DNA of 64,000 bases from assembly GCF_009914755.1 (NCBI RefSeq), contig NC_060936.1; one strand, written 5' to 3'. Each line of letters opens with the position of its first letter. Position 1 is the first letter of the stretch. The position numbers were made by a program, and so were the translations under genes. The notes beneath the pieces are model-generated. The model was not told the origin of the DNA. It saw nothing but the letters and a program-made list of their open reading frames with translations, and searched no databases. The DNA is from the human T2T-CHM13v2.0 reference genome, Homo sapiens. Shown piece after piece: positions 58,420 through 64,000 of this stretch.

Positions 58420-59830
58420 GAGCTTCCCCCTGTGGAGAATAGGTTTTTGACCTCACATATACCACCCTAACTCAAACCCATGGTTTGACTCTTAATTCAC
58501 CTACTCTGGGAGTGAAGAGGATTAAACACGTGCATCCTTTTGTAGACCACAGGAAAAAAGCAGCAGTTTTATATGGATGTGCAAGTGCTTCCAGGGTTTT
58601 CATCCCCCAGAAGAGTGTAGAGAAGGGGCTTAATGAAACACTTCCCAATATTTCTCTACAGAAAAGGTTTATGACATACTCTTTCAGTGGCTACTGTGTA
58701 GCCTGAATTCTAACTAACTTTCGTCAGAAAGTTAAAAGGGCAGACAAATATTCACCACCGCCAGACTGAGAAAAAAAAAATGGCATTTAGGACACCTACT
58801 CCTCTGGTTCACCCCAGTGATAATTCCAGGTCTATTAGCCCCTTCAGGAAAGAATTTGCTCACACATTGAGTATCTCAATATTTGCAGTTTCCACCCAAG
58901 TGACTGCCTCCCAAATCTCTTAGTTCTGGGAGCAGAGGGCCCTGGCATACAAGTGTCTCTCTAGACCACAGGAAAAGAGTAGCATTTTTTACACAGGTAT
59001 GCAAGCACTTTCAAGGGCTTTATCCCATAGAAGCCATGCAGGGAAGGGCTTTAAAATGTGACTCTTTATTTCTCCCTGGAAGGAATTATAACACAATTTT
59101 GCACTGGCTACTTGGCTTCTAACTAACTTACATCAGAAAGTTAAAGGGGCAGACAAATGTTAGCCCTCTCAAGGCCTGAGAAGCAGATTGATACTTCCTG
59201 ATCCTTTTTCTCCAAATCACCCTAGCAATACCTCCTGTTCTATGAATCCCTCCTGGAAAGTATCCACACACTGAGCACCCCAGCTTTAATAGCTTCTATC
59301 TGAGGGACTGCATTCTAAACCTATGTCTGGAAGGAGGAAGGACTAGACATATGCAAATCTCACCAATAAATAAAGAATAAAGAGTTGGGTTTAAATGAGC
59401 ACACAAATAGTCCAGGGTCTACACTCTCTTGAAGCAAATGCAAAAGTGGCAGAACATGCAGCTTCCATTTACTCTCTGAAAGAGGGTTATGGCACATACT
59501 TCAAGTGGCTACTTGATATCCCAGCTTCTAACAAAAATGGGCATAAGGGAACTTACAGAACTTACAGGGCAAACAAACAATGGCCTTCTGGTAGCTGGAG
59601 CCAAACTAAGCACTTTAGGAGCTTCATCTCCAACTTGTCCCAGTGATGAATCCAGATCTACCCATTGTTCCTACAGGAAGCCTGGCCACCCACCTAGTGT
59701 CACAACATTCATAGTTCCCACCAAAGAGACTGTCTCCTTAAAAATCTAGATCTGGGAGTCAATGGGGCTTTGTATTTCTGAGTAGTTGTAGACCACAGTA
59801 AACAAAGAGATGAACTTACATGAGTCTACA
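58420..59830 (+). repeat. Tandem ~400-425-bp monomers (about 3.3 copies) in the L1 5'UTR
   Basis: tagaccacag at 58543, 58962 and 59789; ttctaac at ~58708, ~59117 and ~59526; tctgg(g)a at 58505, 58925, 59326 and 59751. Confidence 0.85.
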
Positions 59831-60500
59831 TACAGCAGCTATCTCCCTAGGATCTCAGGCTACAGCCTGAATGTGAGCATAGGCATTTGCCACAGATTGT
59901 CTTCACAGGTTAGTGCAGACAAAGTGAGAGATAAATTGCAATTCAGATTCACCATGAAGATAGAAGTAATTGAATCACACAACCAACACCCTAACCTTTC
60001 CAACATCTAGAGAGTCTAACTCCTACTTTGCCAGTCTCATGGCACTGATAGGATGTGGCACACCCTAAGCTCCAGGAGGCTACCAAAAACAGAGACAGCA
60101 GTATAGACAAAAATACAGATCTGAGAGTACCTTAAAATCACTGGGCAGACAGACTGGTGAAATTTTTCTCTTACAAAAAGCCATTCTGACAAGACAGAAA
60201 GAAATAGTTATCTTATAGTATGCAAAGACACCAATACAGAGAGTCAAGGAAAATAAAGAAACATAATATATTCCAAATAAAAGAACAAGATAAATTTTTA
60301 GAAACTGACCTGAGTGGGGATATGTTTTTCCAGGAAGGTAACACAGTGGTCATAAAGATTACCATTGAGTTCAGGAAAGCATTATAAAAACAAACTCAGA
60401 ATTTCAACCAAGAAATTATATGTGTATCATATATATGCAGACTAGATCAAGCAAAAGAAAGGATCAGTGAACTTGACATGTCACTGGAATCATACAATCT

Positions 60501-60572
60501 GAAAAAAAGAAGGAAGAAAGAAAAGGAAGGAAGGAAGGAAAGAAGGAAGGAAGGAAGGACAAAAGAAAAAAA
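60501..60572. repeat. (GAAG)n purine tract
   Basis: gaaggaaggaaggaaagaaggaagg. Confidence 0.9.
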
Positions 60573-61313
60573 TCAAAGACATAGTTACAGAAAACTTTCC
60601 AACCTTGTGATAGGAAATAGAAATCCAAACCCAGAAAGTCCCCAAAATAGCAAATACCATGAATACAAAGGGACCCACATTGAGACCCATCCTAATCAAA
60701 CTGTCAAAAGTTAAAGACAGAGTTTTGCAAGCAGAAAGGGAGAAGTGAATTGTTACATAGAATGAAATCACCATAAGTTTACCAGCATATTTTTTCAGCA
60801 GAAACCTTCTTGACTAAAAAGGAGTAAAATGATAGATTCAAAATCCTGAAAGAAAAAAAATTGCCAACCCAAAATACTATACCCAGCAACCCATCTTTCA
60901 AAAATGAAGAGGTAATAAAGACTTTCTCAGACAAACAAAAGATGAGAGAGTTTATTACCATTAGAAGGTTCTTACAAGAAAGGCTAAAAGGAGTTCTTTA
61001 AGCTGAAGGAAGAGGACACTAATTAGCAATGTTAACTGAAAGTATAAAACTCACTGGTAAAAGTAAATACATTGTCAAATACAAAACACTATGATACTGT
61101 AAATCAATTTTATCTCTAGTACAAAGATGAAAAAGCAAACATATGAAAAACAACTAAAGCTACAATAATTTGTTAAGGATACAAAATATTTTTAAAATAT
61201 AAATTGTGACAAAAAAACAACAAAATGAGAGAAAGTACAATAAAAACTCTAGTTTGTGAATGTGATCAAAGTTAACTTGTAATCAGCTTAAGATACCCAG
61301 TGAGAAGTGTAAG

Positions 61314-61632
61314 TTTTTTTTGTTGTTGTTTTGTTTTTTGTTTTTTGTTTTGAGACAGAGTTTTGGTCTTTTTGCCCAGGCTGGAGTGCAATGGCACGAT
61401 CTTGGGTCACCACAACATCCACCTCCCAGGTTCAAGCAATTCTCTTGCCACAGCCTCCTAAGTAGCTGGGATTACAGGCATGCGCCACCACACCTGGCTA
61501 ATTTTGTATTTTTAGTAGAGATGGGTTTCTCTATGTTGGTCGGGCTGCTCTCAAACTCCCGACCTCAGGTAATCCACCCGCTTTGTCTTCCCAAAATGCT
61601 GGGATTACAGGCATGAGCCACCATGCCCGGCC
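61314..61632 (-). mobile_element. AluSp-like inserted in L1M
   Basis: gcaatgg, caccacaac, aactcccgacctcagg; TSD aagtgtaag / aagtataag. Confidence 0.95.
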
Positions 61633-64000
61633 AAGTATAAGATGTTTTATGTAAGCTTCTAGGTAACCAGAAAGTGAAAGTCTATAATAGATACACAGAA
61701 GATAAAAAGAAAAGATCCAAAAAGAAAAGATCCAAAGAATATCACTACAGAAAGTCATCAAATAACAAAGAAACAGAGAAAGAAAGAAACAAAAGATGTA
61801 CAAAACAGCCAGAAAATAATTAACAAAATTGTACTAGTATGTTCTTATTTGTCAATAATTAGGTTGATTATGAATGCACTAAATTCTCTAACAGCAAAAA
61901 AAAAAAAAACCAGATTGGTCGAATATATAAAAACAAGACTCAGCTATATGCTGTCTGCAAGAGACTTACACCACATTAAGGGCACTCTGACTGAAAGTGA
62001 AGGAATAGAAAGATATTCCATGCAAAGAAACAAAAAGGGAATACAGGTAGTATACTTATTTTTAGACGAAATAGGCTTTAGATAGAAAACAGTAAAAAGA
62101 GACAAATACGGTCATTATATAGTGGTAAAATTGTAATATCAAGAGGATATTATAATTATAAATATATATGCCCCCAACCCAGGCCCTAAATATATAATGC
62201 AAACATGAAGAGACTTGAAGGGAGACATATTGCAACACAATGATGAGATATAAATTATTATTTGATTACCTTTCAACATTGGACAAATCTTTCGGCAGAC
62301 TGTCAGTAAGAAAACACTGGATTTGAGCTAGACACTAGACAAATAGAGCCTAACAGACATATACAGAACATTCCACCCAATGGCAACAAAATATACATTT
62401 ATATCCAGTATTTTCTGACTACAATTGCATAAAATTGGAAATCAATAGCAGGAGGAATCATAGAAAACTAATGAACATTTGGCAATTAAACAATATGCTC
62501 CTGAACAACTATTGGGTCAAATAATCAATCAAAGAGGGAATTAAAAAAAATCTAGAGACACAAAATTGAGAACACAACATATTGAAATGTATGCGATGCA
62601 TCAAAAGCAGTTCTAAAAGGGAAGTTTGTAGCAATAAATGCCACATCAAAAAAAAAGATCTTAATATTACACCACAAAGGACTAGAAAAAGAAGAATAAA
62701 CGAAGTCCAAAGTTAGTAGAAGGAAAGAAATAAAACTCAGAACAGAAATAAATAAAATATAGAGTAGAAAAATGTTATCAATGAAATGAATAATTGGTTT
62801 TTTGAAAAGCTAAACAAAATTTAAAAACCCTTAGCTAGACAAACTAAGAAAAAAGTGAAGACTGAATAGATTAAATCATAAGTGAAAAAGGAGACATTAC
62901 AACTGACAACACAAATGTAAAGGACCATAAGAGACTACTATGAACAATTATATACCAGCAAATTGGACAATCTATAAAAAAATGGATAAATTCCTAGAAA
63001 CATGTAACCTACCAAGACTGAATAATAAAGAAATTGAAAATTTCAAAAAAATAATAATGAGTAAAAAGATCAAATCAGTAATTAAAAATCTCTCATCAGA
63101 GAAAATTCCAGGACCATATGGCTTCATGACTCAATTCTACCAAACATTTAAAGAACTAATAGCAGTCCTTAAACTCTTTCAAAATATTAAAGAGGAGCAT
63201 ACTTCCAAACTCATAATATGAAACCAACATTACTCTGACCAATGCCAGACAAAAATACTATGAGAAAAGAAAATTGTAGACCAATATTACTAGAAAACAT
63301 AGATGCAAAAACCCTCAACAAAATGTTAGCAAACTGTATTTAACTGTACATTAAATGGATTGTTCACCATGATTGAGTGGGACTTATCCCTAGGATGCAA
63401 TGTTGGTTCAATGTATGCAATATAGTCAAATATATACATATTAATTATTATGATTCATCATATTACCAAAATGAAGGACAAAAGCAATTTGATCATCTCA
63501 ATAGATGCCAAACAAGCATTTTGAAAATTTAAATATCTTTTCATGATAAAAACATACAACAAATTAGGTATAGAAGAAAATTTTCTAAATGCAACAAAGG
63601 CCATACATGACAAGTATCATCATAGGTAATGATGAAAAGTTAGTTAATAGTTAATGATCATCATAGTTAATGATGAAAAGAACTCTTATACTCTCTTGGT
63701 GGTACTGTAAATTAATACAGCCATTTTGGAAAACAGCATGGAGGGTTCTCAAACCCTAAAGATAGAATTACCATATGATCAAGCAATCTCTTTACTGGCT
63801 ATATACTCAAAGCAACTGAAATCAACATACCAAAGACATACATGCACTCACATGCTTCCTAGATCGGGAAAAAGACAAGGAGGTCTACTCTCACTTCTTC
63901 TATGTAACAGTACTTGAACTCCTAGGCAGGGCACTTAGACAAGAGAAAGAAGTAAAAAGCATTCAAATAGTAACAAAGTAAAATTGTCTATTTGTGAACA

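Larger units (their letters stand above)
58172..64000 (+). mobile_element. Old L1M-class element: 5'UTR with monomer array, ORF1 remnant, ORF2 running off the window
   Basis: 5' start gacatcagcaacatggcagaatag; ORF1 3'-half motifs (aatactatacccagcaa...gactttctcagacaaacaaaa); ORF2 peptides (MDKFLETCNLPRLN, PGPYGF). Confidence 0.9.

Overview
AT-rich, gene-poor primate genomic DNA. AluY, AluS and AluJ, L1PA/L1PB, THE1 and a HERV-E LTR2 point to a catarrhine, most plausibly human; the region is intergenic or deep intronic. I can support no host protein-coding exon, RNA gene or CRISPR array. The ORFs I can assign are decayed L1 ORF2 pieces, Alu or LTR read-throughs and microsatellite translations; the rest are short and look like chance. 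Most of the window is layered transposon fossils: 14 Alus or Alu fragments, five sizeable L1s, many MaLR/ERV LTRs, L2, MIR, L3, MER3 and MER5. Subfamily names come from my recollection of consensus sequences and need RepeatMasker/Dfam confirmation; boundaries of old repeats are approximate. The strongest structural signal is a three-breakpoint rearrangement at 35.8-38.9 kb, reconstructable from a split L1 5'UTR, a split twin-primed L1PB and its split target-site duplication (TSD). Other signals: a series of templated-insertion and hairpin repair scars, two twin-primed L1s, a fused inverted THE1 pair, a ~420-bp monomer array in an old L1 5'UTR, a possible ancient RTE-type LINE remnant, and a PBX-HOX motif cluster in a repeat-poor island. 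I found no evidence for a new gene-encoded biological system.
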